64,000 bases of DNA from NCBI GenBank assembly GCA_043228905.1, contig JBHGNT010000010.1, positions 186,001 to 250,000 of the forward strand. Reading direction: 5' to 3'. Position numbers and translations under genes: made by a program. Of the stretch, positions 39,453-52,086 are shown one piece after another (position 1 is the stretch's first letter; each line of letters opens with the position of its first letter). Below the pieces are notes generated by a model. It did no database searches, was not told where the DNA came from, and saw only the letters and a program-made list of their open reading frames with translations. The DNA is from Azolla caroliniana (lineage: Eukaryota > Plantae > Polypodiophyta).

Positions 39453-42400
39453 ACCTAAGTTTCAAAATCTTGATTTTTTAATTCCATATGATAGGTAGCG
39501 TTGTTAGCTTCGAATCGCATTTTTGAACACAAAAATCCGGGATCACACGAGCCAGGTATGAACATTTTAATTTACTCACGGGCTCCTCTCAACTCCCTCC
39601 TCAAATTTGGTAATTTCTTCATGTCTCTCGACCTGAGTTTCAAAATCTTGAATTTTTAATTCCATATCATAGGTAGCGTTGTTAGCTTCGAATCGCAAGT
39701 TTGAACACAGAATTTCGGGATCACACGAGCCAGGTATGAACATTTTAATTTACTCACGGGCTCCTCTCAACTCCCTCCGCAAATTTGGTAATTTCTTCAT
39801 GTCTCTCGACTTGAGTTTCAAAATCTTGATTTTTTAATTCTATATCAAAGCTACCATTGTTAGCTTCGATTCGCATCTTTGAACACAAAAATCCGGGATC
39901 ACACGAGCCAGGTATGAACATTTTAATTTACTCACGCGCTCTTCTCAACTCCCTCCTCAAATTTGGTAATTTCTTCATGTCTCTCGACCTGAGTTTCAAA
40001 ATCTTGATTTTTTAATTCCATATGATAGGTAGCGTTGTTAGCTTCGAATCGCAAGTTTGAACACAGAATTTCGGGATCACACGAGCCAGGTATGAACATT
40101 TTAATTTACTCACGGGCTCCTGTCAACTCCCTCCGCAAATTTGGTAATTTCTTCATGTCTCTCGACCTGAGTTTCAAAATCTTGATTTTTTAATTCTATA
40201 TCAAAGCTACCATTGTTAGCTTCGATTCGCATCTTTGAACACAAAAATCCGGGATCACACGAGCCAGGTATGAACATTTTAATTTACTCACGCGCTCTTC
40301 TCAACTCCCTCCTCAAATTTGGTATTTTCTTCATGTTTCTCGACCTGAGTTTCAATATCCTGATTTTTTAATTCCATATTCTAGGTAGCGTTGTTAGCTT
40401 CGAATCGCAAGTTTGAACACAAAAATCCGAGATCACACGACCCAGGTATGAACATTTTAAATTAGTCACGGGCTCTTCTCAACTCCTTCTTCTAACTTGC
40501 CAATTTCTTCATGTCTCTCGACCTGAGTTTCAAAATCTTGATTTTTTAATTCTATATCATAGGTAGCGTTGTTAGCTTCGAATCGCATGTTTGAACACAA
40601 AAATCCGGGATCACACGAGCCAGGTATGAACATTTTAATTTATTCACGCGCTCTTCTCAACTCCCTCCTCAAATTTGGTAATTTCTTCATGTGTCTTGAC
40701 CTGAGTTTCAAAATCTTGATTTTTTAATTCTATATCATAGCTAGTGTTGTTAGCTTCGATTCGCATCTTTGAACACAAAAATCTGGTATCACACGACCCA
40801 GGTATGAACATTTTAAATTAGTCACGGCCTCTTCTCAACTCCTTCTTCTAACTTGCCAATTTCTTCATGTCTCTCGACCTGAGTTTCAAAATCTTGATTT
40901 TTTAATTCCATATCTTAGGTAGCGTTGTTAGCTTCGAATCGCAAGTTTGAACACAAAAATCCGAGATCACACGAGCCAGGTATGAACATTTTAATTTACT
41001 CTCCGGCTCTTCTCAACTCCCTCTTCTAACTTGCCAATTTCTTCATGTCTCTCGACCTGAGTTTCAAAATCTTGATTTTTTAATTCCATATCATAGGTAG
41101 CGTTGTTAGCTTCGATTCGCATGTTTGAACACAGAAATCCGGGATCACACGAGCCAGGTATGAACATTTTAATTTACTCACGGGCTCCTCTCAACTCCCT
41201 CCTCAAATTTGGTACTTTCTTCATGTCTCTCGACCTGAGTTTCAAAATCTTCATTTTTTAATTCCATATCATAGGTAGCGTTGTTAGCTTCGAATCGCAA
41301 GTTTGCACACAGAAATTCGGAAGCACACGAGCCAGGTATGAACATTTTAATTTATTCACGCGCTCTTCTCAACTCCCTCCTCAAATTTGGTAATTTCTTC
41401 ATGTCTCTCGACCTGAGTTTCAAAATCCGAATTTTTTAATTCTATATCATAGCTAGCATTGTTAGCTTCGATTCGCATCTTTGAACACAAAAAACCGGGG
41501 TCACACGAGCCAGGTATGAACATTTTAATTTACTCACGCGCTCTTCTCAACTCCCTCTTCAAATTTGGTAATTTCTTCATGTCTCTCGACCTGAGTTTCA
41601 AAATCTTGATTTTTTAATTCCATATCTTAGGTAGCGTTATTAGCTTCGAATCGCATGTTTGAACACAAAAATCCGGTATCACACGAGCCAGGTATGAACA
41701 TTTTAATTTACTCACGGGCTCCTCTCAACTCCCTCCTCAAATTTGGTATTTTCTTCATGTTTCTCGACCTGAGTTTCAATATCCTGATTTTTTAATTCCA
41801 TATTCTAGGTAGCGTTGTTAGCTTCGAATCGCATGTTTGAACACAAAAATCCGATATCACATGGGCCAGGTATGAACATTTTAATTTACTCACGGGCTCT
41901 TCTCAACTCCCTCCTCAAATTTGGTAATTTCTTCATGTCTCGCGCCCTGAGTTTCAAAATCTTGATTTTTTAATTCCATATCTTAGGTAGCGTTGTTAGC
42001 TTCGAATCGCAAGTTTGAACACAAAAATCCGAGATCACACGAGCCAGGTATGAACATTTTAATTTACTCTCCGGCTCTTCTCAACTCCCTCTTCTAACTT
42101 GCCAATTTCTTCATGTCTCTGGACCTGAGTTTCAAAATCTTGATTTTTTAATTCCATATCATAGGTAGCGTTGTTAGCTTCGATTCGCATGTTTGAACAC
42201 AGAAATCCGGGATAACACGAGCCAGGTATGAACATTTTAATTTACTCACGGGCTCCTCTCAACTCCCTCCTCAAATTTGGTAATTTCTTCATGTCTCTCG
42301 ACCTGAGTTTCAAAATCTTCATTTTTTAATTCCATATCATAGGTAGCGTTGTTAGCTTCGAATCGCAAGATTGCACACAGAAATTCGGAAGCACACGAGC

Positions 42401-43810
42401 CAGGTATGAACATTTTAATTTATTCACGCGCTCTTCTCAACTCCCTCCTCAAATTTGGTAATTTCTTCATGTCTCTCGACCTGAGTTTCAAAATCCGAAT
42501 TTTTTAATTCTATATCATAGCTAGCATTGTTAGCTTTGAACACAAAAAACCGGGGTCACACGAGCCAGGTATGAACATTTTAATTTACTCACGCGCTCTT
42601 CTCAACTCCCTCTTCAAATTTGGTAATTTCTTCATGTCTCTCGACCTGAGTTTGAAAATCTTGATTTTTTAATTCCATATCTTAGGTAGCGTTGCTAGCT
42701 TCGATTCGCATGTTTGAACACAAAAATCCGGTATCACACGAGCCAGGTATGAACATTTTAATTTACTCACGGGCTCCTCTCAACTCCCTCCTCAAATTTG
42801 GTATTTTCTTCATGTTTCTCGACCTGAGTTTCAATATCCTGATTTTTTAATTCCATATTCTAGGTAGCGTTGTTAGCTTCGAATCGCAAGTTTGAACACA
42901 AAAATCCGAGATCACACGAGCCAGGTATGAACATTTTAAATTAGTCACGGGCTCTTCTCAACTCCTTCTAACTTGCCAATTTCTTCATGTCTCTCGACCT
43001 GAGTTTCAAAATCTTGATTTTTTAATTCCATATAATAGGTAGCGTTGTTAGCTTCGAATCGCATGTTTGAACACAAAAATCCGATATCACATGCGCCAGG
43101 TATGAACATTTTAATTTACTCACGGGCTCTTCTCAACTCCCTCTTCTAACTTGCCAATTTCTTCATGTCTCTCGACCTGAGTTTCAAAATCTTGATTTTT
43201 TAATTCTATAACATAGGTAGCGTTGTTAGCTTCGAATCCCATGTTTGAACACAAAAATCCGGGATCACACGAGCCAGGTATGAACATTTTAATTTACTCT
43301 CCGGCTCTTCTCAACTCCCTCTTCTAACTTGCCAATTTCTTCATGTCTCTCGACCTGAGTTTCAAAATCTTGATTTTTTAATTCCATATTCTAGGTAGCG
43401 TTGTTAGCTTCGAATCGCAAGTTTGAACCCAAAAATCCGAGATCACACGAGCCAGGTATGAACATTTTAAATTAGTCACGGGCTCTTCTCAACTCCTTGC
43501 TCAAATTTGGTAATTTCTTCATGTCTCGCGACCTAAGTTTCAAAATCTTGATTTTTTAATTCCATATGATAGGTAGCGTTGTTAGCTTCGAATCGCATGT
43601 TTGAACACAAAAATCCGGGATCACACGAGCCAGGTATGAACATTTTAATTTACTCACGGGCTCCTCTCAACTCCCTCCTCAAATTTGGTAATTTCTTCAT
43701 GTCTCTCGACCTGAGTTTCAAAATCTTGAATTTTTAATTCCATATCATAGGTAGCGTTGTTAGCTTCGAATCGCAAGTTTGAACACAGAATTTCGGGATC
43801 ACACGAGCCA
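39453..43810. repeat. Paralog of 28459-35300 carrying only one 14-mer unit
   Basis: Offset is 10994 for the first part (28459/39453, 31485/42479) and 8515 for the second part (33964/42479; 3-bp deletion actccttcta at 34446/42961). Confidence 0.88.
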
Positions 43811-45132
43811 GGTATGAACATTTTAATTTACTCACGGGCTCCTCTCAACTCCCTCCGCAAATTTGGTAATTTCTTCATGTCTCTCGACCTGAGTTTCAAA
43901 ATCTTGATTTTTTAATTCTATATCAAAGCTACCATTGTTAGCTTCGATTCGCATCTTTGAACACAAAAATCCGGGATCACACGAGCCAGGTATGAACATT
44001 TTAATTTACTCACGCGCTCTTCTCAACTCCCTCCTCAAATTTGGTATTTTCTTCATGTTTCTCGACCTGAGTTTCAATATCCTGATTTTTTAATTCCATA
44101 TTCTAGGTAGCGTTGTTAGCTTCGAATCGCAAGTTTGAACACAAAAATCCGAGATCACACGACCCAGGTATGAACATTTTAAATTAGTCACGGGCTCTTC
44201 TCAACTCCTTCTTCTAACTTGCCAATTTCTTCATGTCTCTCGACCTGAGTTTCAAAATCTTGATTTTTTAATTCTATATCATAGGTAGCGTTGTTAGCTT
44301 CGAATCGCATGTTTGAACACAAAAATCCGGGATCACACGAGCCAGGTATGAACATTTTAATTTATTCACGCGCTCTTCTCAACTCCCTCCTCAAATTTGG
44401 TAATTTCTTCATGTGTCTTGACCTGAGTTTCAAAATCTTGATTTTTTAATTCTATATCATAGCTAGTGTTGTTAGCTTCGATTCGCATCTTTGAACACAA
44501 AAATCTGGTATCACACGACCCAGGTATGAACATTTTAAATTAGTCACGGCCTCTTCTCAACTCCTTCTTCTAACTTGCCAATTTCTTCATGTCTCTCGAC
44601 CTGAGTTTCAAAATCTTGATTTTTTAATTCCATATCTTAGGTAGCGTTGTTAGCTTCGAATCGCAAGTTTGAACACAAAAATCCGAGATCACACGAGCCA
44701 GGTATGAACATTTTAATTTACTCTCCGGCTCTTCTCAACTCCCTCTTCTAACTTGCCAATTTCTTCATGTCTCTCGACCTGAGTTTCAAAATCTTGATTT
44801 TTTAATTCCATATCATAGGTAGCGTTGTTAGCTTCGATTCGCATGTTTGAACACAGAAATCCGGGATCACACGAGCCAGGTATGAACATTTTAATTTACT
44901 CACGGGCTCCTCTCAACTCCCTCCTCAAATTTGGTACTTTCTTCATGTCTCTCGACCTGAGTTTCAAAATCTTCATTTTTTAATTCCATATCATAGGTAG
45001 CGTTGTTAGCTTCGAATCGCAAGTTTGCACACAGAAATTCGGAAGCACACGAGCCAGGTATGAACATTTTAATTTATTCACGCGCTCTTCTCAACTCCCT
45101 CCTCAAATTTGGTAATTTCTTCATGTCTCTCG
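40165..45132. repeat. Seven-monomer block repeated at 21-monomer spacing (3722 bp = 21x178-16)
   Basis: The series starting with tcaaagctacc at 40165 recurs from 43887. The upstream monomers at 39097-39808 recur at 43175-43886 (23-monomer spacing, 4078 bp). Confidence 0.82.
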
Positions 45133-48100
45133 ACCTGAGTTTCAAAATCTTGATTTTTTAATTCCATATCTTAGGTAGCGTTGTTAGCTTCGATTCGCAT
45201 GTTTGAACACAAAAAACCGGGGTCACACGAGCCAGGTATGAAGATTTTAATTTACTCACGCGCTCTTCTCAACTCCCTCTTCAAATTTGGTAATTTCTTC
45301 ATGTCTCTCGTCCTGAGTTTCAAAATCTTGATTTTTTAATTCCATATCTTAGGTAGCGTTGTTAGCTTCGAATCGCATGTTTGAACACAAAAATCCGGTA
45401 TCACACGAGCCAGGTATGAACATTTTAATTTACTCACGGGCTCCTCTCAACTCCCTCCTCAAATTTGGTATTTTCTTCATGTTTCTCGACCTGAGTTTCA
45501 ATATCCTGATTTTTTAATTCCATATTCTAGGTAGCGTTGTTAGCTTCGAATCGCAAGTTTGAACACAAAAATCCGAGATCACACGACCCAGGTATGAACA
45601 TTTTAAATTAGTCACGGGCTCTTCTCAACTCCTTCTTCTAACTTGCCAATTTCTTCATGTCTCTCGACCTGAGTTTCAAAATCTTGATTTTTTAATTCTA
45701 TATCATAGGTAGCGTTGTTAGCTTCGAATCGCATGTTTGAACACAAAAATCCGGGATCACACGAGCCAGGTATGAACATTTTAATTTATTCACGCGCTCT
45801 TCTCAACTCCCTCCTCAAATTTGGTAATTTCTTCATGTGTCTTGACCTGAGTTTCAAAATCTTGATTTTTTAATTCTATATCATAGCTAGTGTTGTTAGC
45901 TTCGATTCGCATCTTTGAACACAAAAATCTGGTATCACACGAGCCAGGTATGAAAATTTTAAATTAGTCACGGGCTCTTCTCAACTCCCTCCTCAAATTT
46001 GGTAATTTCTTCATGTGTCGCGCCCTGAGTTTCAAAATCTTGATTTTTTAATTCCATATCTTAGGTAGCGTTGTTAGCTTCGATTCGCATGTTTGACCAC
46101 AGAAATCCGGGATCACACGAGCCAGGTATGAACATTTTAATTTACTCTCCGGCTCTTCTCAACTCCCTCTTCTAACTTGCCAATTTCTTCATGTCTCTCG
46201 ACCTGAGTTTCAAAATCTTGATTTTTTAATTCCATATCATAGGTAGCGTTGTTAGCTTCGAATCGCAAGTTTGCACACAGAAATTCGGAAGCACACGAGC
46301 CAGGTATGAACATTTTAATTTATTCACACGCTCTTCTCAACTCCCTCCTCAAATTTGGTAATTTCTTCATGTCTCTCGACCTGAGTTTCAAAATCCGAAT
46401 TTTTTAATTCTATATCATAGCTAGCATTGTTAGCTTCGATTCGCATCTTTGAACACAAAAAACCGGGGTCACACGAGCCAGGTATGAACATTTTAATTTA
46501 CTCACGCGCTCTTCTCAACTCCCTCTTCAAATTTGGTAATTTCTTCATGTCTCTCGACCTGAGTTTCAAAATCTTGATTTTTTAATTCCATATCTTAGGT
46601 AGCGTTGTTAGCTTCGATTCGCATGTTTGAACACAAAAATCCGGTATCACACGAGCCAGGTATGAACATTTTAATTTACTCACGGGCTCCTCTCAACTCC
46701 CTCCTCAAATTTGGTATTTTCTTCATGTTTCTCGACCTAAGTTTCAATATCCTGATTTTTTAATTCCATATTCTAGGTAACGTTGTTAGCTTCGAATCGC
46801 AAGTTTGAACACAAAAATCCGAGATCACACGACCCAGGTATGAACATTTTAAATTAGTCACGGGCTCTTCTCAACTCCTTCTTCTAACTTGCCAATTTCT
46901 TCATGTCTCTCGACCTGAGTTTCAAAATCTTGATTTTTTAATTCTATATCATAGGTAGCGTTGTTTGCTTCGAATCGCATGTTTGAACACAAAAATCCGG
47001 GATCACACGAGCCAGGTATGAACATTTTAATTTACTCACGGGCTCCTCTCAACTCCCTCCTCAAATTTGGTAATTTCTTCATGTCTCGCGACCTGCGTTT
47101 CAAAATCTTGATTTTTTAATTCCATATCATAGGTAGCGTTGTTAGCTTCGAATCGCATGTTTGAACACAGAAATCCGGGATCACACGAGCCAGGTATGAA
47201 CATTTTAATTTACTCACGGGCTCCTCTCAACTCCCTCCTCAAATTTGGTATTTTCTTCATGACTCTCGACCTGAGTTTCAATATCCTGATTTTTTAATTC
47301 CATATTCTAGGTAGCGTTGTTAGCTTCGAATCGCAAGTTTGAACACAAAAATCCGAGATCACACGAGCCAGGTATGAACATTTTAAATTAGTCAAGGGCT
47401 CTTCTCAACTCCTTCTTCTAACTTGCCAATTTCTTCATGTCTCTCGACCTGAGTTTCAAAATCTTGATTTTTTAATTCAATATCATAGGTAGCGTTGTTA
47501 GCTTCAAATCGCATGTTTGAACACAAAAATCCGATATCACATGCGCCAGGTATGAACATTTTAATTTACTCACGGGCTCTTCTCAACTCCCTCTTCTAAC
47601 TTGCCAATTTCTTCATATCTCTCGACCTGAGTTTCAAAATCTTGATTTTTAATTCCATATCATAGGTAGCGTTGTTAGCTTCGATTCGCCTGTTTGAACA
47701 CAGAAATCCGGGATCACACGAGCCAGGTATGAACATTTTAATTTATTCACGCGCTCTTCTCAACTCCCTCCTCAAATTTGGTAATTTCTTCATGTCTCTC
47801 GACCTGAGTTTCAAAATCTTGATTTTTTAATTCTATATCATAGCTAGCATTGTTAGCTTCGATTCGCATCTTTGAACACAAAAATCCGGGATCACACGAG
47901 CCAGGTATGAACATTTTAATTTACTCACGGGGTCCTCTCAACTCCCTCCGCAAATTTGGTAATTTCTTCATGTCTCTCGACCTGAGTTTCAAAATCTTGA
48001 TTTTTTAGTTCCATATTCTAGGTAGCGTTGTTAGCTTCGAATCGCAAGTTTGAACCCAAAAATCCGAGATCACACGAGCCAAGTATGAACATTTTAAATT

Positions 48101-48691
48101 AGTCACGGGCTCTTCTCAACTCCTTGCTCAAATTTGGTAATTTCTTCATGTCTCGCGACCTGCGTTTCAAAATCTTGATTTTTTAATTCCATATTCTAGG
48201 TAGCGTTGTTAGCTTCGAATCGCAAGTTTGAACACAAAAATCCGAGATCACACGAGCCAGGTATGAACATTTTAATTTACTCATGCGCTCTTCTCAACTC
48301 CCTCCTAAAATGTGGTAATTTCTTCATGTCTCTCGACCTGAGTTTCAAAATCTTGATTTTTTAATTCCATATCATAGGTAGCGTTGTTAGCTTCGTATCA
48401 CATGTTTGAACACAAAAATCCGATATCACATGGGCCAGGTATGAACATTTTAATTTACTCACGGGCTCTTCTCAACTCCCTCTTCTAACTTGCCAATTTC
48501 TTCATGTCTCTCGACCTGAGTTTCAAAATCTTGATTGTTTAATTCCATATCATAGGTAGCGTTGTTAGCTTTGATTCGCATGTTTGAACACAGAAATCCG
48601 GGATCACACGAGCCAGGTATGAACATTTTAATTTACTCACGGGCTCCTCTCAACTCCCTCCTCAAATTTGGTAATTTCTTCATGTCTCTCG

Positions 48692-51600
48692 ACCTGAGTT
48701 TCAAAATCTTCATTTTTTAATTCCATATCATAGGTAGCGTTGTTAGTTTCGAATCGCAAGTTTGAAGACAGAAATTCGGGATCACACGAGCCAGGTGAGA
48801 ACATTTTAATTTATTCACGCGCTCTTCTCAACTCCCTCCTCAAATTTGGTAATTTCTTCATGTCTCTCGACCTGAGTTTCAAAATCTTGATTTTTTAATT
48901 CCATATCATAGGTAGCGTTGTTAGCTTCGATTCGCATGTTTGAACACAGAAATCCGGGATCACACAAGCCAAATATGAACATTTTAATTTATTCACACGC
49001 TCTTCTCAACCTCCTCCTCAAATTTGGTAATTTCTTCATGTCTCTCGACATGAGTTTCAAAATCTTGATTTTTTAATTCTATATCATAGCTAGCATTGTT
49101 AGCTTCGAATCGCATGTTTGAAAACAAAAATCCGGGATCACACGAGCCAGGTATGAACATTTTAATTTACTCACGGGCTCTTCTCAACTCCCTCCTCAAA
49201 TTTGGTAATTTCTTCATGTCTCTCGACCTGAGATTCAAAATCTTGATTTTTTAATTCTATATCATAGGTAGCGTTGTTAGCTTCGAATCGCATGTTTGAA
49301 CACAAAAGTCCGGGATCACACGAGCCAGGTATGAACATTTTAATTTACTCACGGGCTCCTCTCAACTCCCTCCTCAAATTTGGTAATTTCTTCATGTCTC
49401 TCGACCTGAGTTTCAAAATCTTGAATTTTTAATTCTATATCATAGGTAGCGTTGTTAGCTTCGAATCACATGTTTGAACACAAAAATCCGATATCACATG
49501 GGCCAGGTATGAACATTTTAATTTACTCACGGGCTCTTCTCAACTCCCTCCTCAAATTTGGTAATTTCTTCATGTCTCTCGACCTGAGTTTCAAAATCTT
49601 GATTTTTTAATTCCATATCTTAGGTAGCGTTGTTAGCTTCGAATCGCATGTTTGAACACAAAAATCCGGTATCACACGAGCCAGGTATGAACATTTTAAT
49701 TTACTCACGGGCTCCTCTCAACTCCCTCCTCAAATTTGGTAATTTCTTCATGTCTCTCGACCTGAGTTTCAAAATTTTGATTTTTTAATTCCATATCATA
49801 GGTAGCGTTGTTAGCTTCGAATCGCAAGTTTGAACCCAAAAATCCGAGATCACACGAGCCAGGTATGAACATTTTAAATTAGTCACGGGCTCTTCTCAAC
49901 TCCTTGCTCAAATTTGGTAATTTCTTCATGTCTCGCGACCTGCGTTTCAAAATCTTGATTTTTTAATTCTATATCATAGCTAGTGTTGTTAGCTTCGATT
50001 TGCATCTTTGAACACAAAAATCTGGTATCACACGAGCCAGGTATGAAAATTTTAAATTAGTCACGGGCTCTTCTCAACTCCCTCCTCAAATTTGGTAATT
50101 TCTTCATGTGTCGCGCCCTGAGTTTCAAAATCTTGATTTTTTAATTCCATATCTTAGGTAGCGTTGTTAGCTTCGAATCGCAAGTTTGAACACAAAAATC
50201 CGAGATCACACGAGCCAGGTATGAACATTTTAATTTACTCTCCGGCTCTTCTCAACTCCCTCTTCTAACTTGCCAATTTCTTCATGTCTCTCGACCTGAG
50301 TTTCAAAATTTTGATTTTTTAATTCCATATCATAGGTAGCGTTGTTAGCTTCGAATCGCAAGTTTGAACCCAAAAATCCGAGATCACACGAGCCAGGTAT
50401 GAACATTTTAATTTACTCACGGGCTCCTCTCAACTCCCTCCTCAAATTTGGTAATTTCTTCATGTCTCTCGACCTGAGTTTCAAAATCTTCATTTTTTAA
50501 TTCCATATCATAGGTAGCGTTGTTAGTTTCGAATCGCAAGTTTGAAGACAGAAATTCGGGATCACACGAGCCAGGTGAGAACATTTTAATTTATTCACGC
50601 GCTCTTCTCAACTCCCTCCTCAAATTTGGTAATTTCTTCATGTCTCTCGACCTGAGTTTCAAAATCTTGATTTTTTAATTCCATATCATAGGTAGCGTTG
50701 TTAGCTTCGATTCGCATGTTTGAACACAGAAATCCGGGATCACACGAGCCAAATATGAACATTTTAATTTATTCACACGCTCTTCTCAACCTCCTCGTTA
50801 AATTTGGTAAATTCTTCATGTCTCTCGACATGAGTTTCAAAATCTTGATTTTTTAATTCTATATCATAGCTAGCATTGTTAGCTTCGAATCGCATGTTTG
50901 AAAACAAAAATCCGGGATCACACGAGCCAGGTATGAACATTTTAATTTACTCACGGGCTCTTCTCAACTCCCTCCTCAAATTTGGTAATTTCTTCATGTC
51001 TCTCGACCTGAGTTTCAAAATCTTGATTTTTTAATTCTATATCATAGGTAGCGTTGTTAGCTTCGAATCGCATGTTTGAACACAAAAGTCCGGGATCACA
51101 CGAGCCAGGTATGAACATTTTAATTTACTCACGGGCTCCTCTCAACTCCCTCCTCAAATTTGGTAATTTCTTCATGTCTCTCGACCTGAGTTTCAAAATC
51201 TTGAATTTTTAATTCTATATCATAGGTAGCGTTCTTAGCTTCGAATCACATGTTTGAACACAAAAATCCGATATCACATGGACCAGGTATGAACATTTTA
51301 ATTTACTCACGGGCTCTTCTCAACTCCCTCCTCAAATTTGGTAATTTCTTCATGTCTCTCGACCTGAGTTTCAAAATCTTGATTTTTTAATTCCATATCT
51401 TAGGTAGCGTTGTTAGCTTCGAATCGCATGTTTGAACACAAAAATCCGGTATCACACGAGCCAGGTATGAACATTTTAATTTACTCACGGGCTCCTCTCA
51501 ACTCCCTCCTCAAATTTGGTAATTTCTTCATGTCTCTCGACCTGAGTTTCAAAATTTTGATTTTTTAATTCCATATCATAGGTAGCGTTGTTAGCTTCGA

Positions 51601-51750
51601 ATCGCAAGTTTGAACCCAAAAATCCGAGATCACACGAGCCAGGTATGAACATTTTAAATTAGTCACGGGCTCTTCTCAACTCCTTGCTCAAATTTGGTAA
51701 TTTCTTCATGTCTCGCGACCTGCGTTTCAAAATCTTGATTTTTTAATTCC
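48692..51750. repeat. Seven-monomer block repeated at 10-monomer spacing (1780 bp), with a third partial copy near 53506
   Basis: ccaggtgaga at 48791, 50571 and 53605, with ttagtttcg, tgaagacag, cgacatgag and tgaaaacaa in the same order. Confidence 0.88.
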
Positions 51751-51840
51751 ATATCATAGGTAGCGTTGTTAGCTTCGAATCGCATGTTTGAACACAAAAA
51801 TCCGGGATCACACGAGCCAGGTATGAACATTTTAATTTAC

Positions 51841-52086
51841 TCACGGGCTCCTCTCAACTCCCTCCTCAAATTTGGTAATTTCTTCATGTCTCTCGACCTG
51901 AGTTTCAAAATCTTGAATTTTTAATTCCATATCATAGGTAGCGTTGTTAGCTTCGAATCGCAAGTTTGAACACAGAATTTCGGGATCACACGAGCCAGGT
52001 ATGAACATTTTAATTTCCTCACGGGCTCCTCTCAACTCTCTCCTCAAATTTGGTAATTTCTTCATGTCTCTCGACCTGAGTTTCAA
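51841..52086 (-). other. 81-aa ORF within satellite monomers; probably not a gene
   Basis: TTG start. It reaches 81 aa only because a private a>c at 52017 (taatttcctc vs taatttactc) removes a TAA and joins an upstream frame to the 55-codon frame present in the consensus monomer (51841-52008). Confidence 0.15.

Noticed and set aside
51841-52086. 81-aa ORF as a real protein-coding gene
   Set aside because: It consists entirely of satellite monomer sequence, has a TTG start, and is created by one private SNV at 52017. I recognise no domain or gene context.
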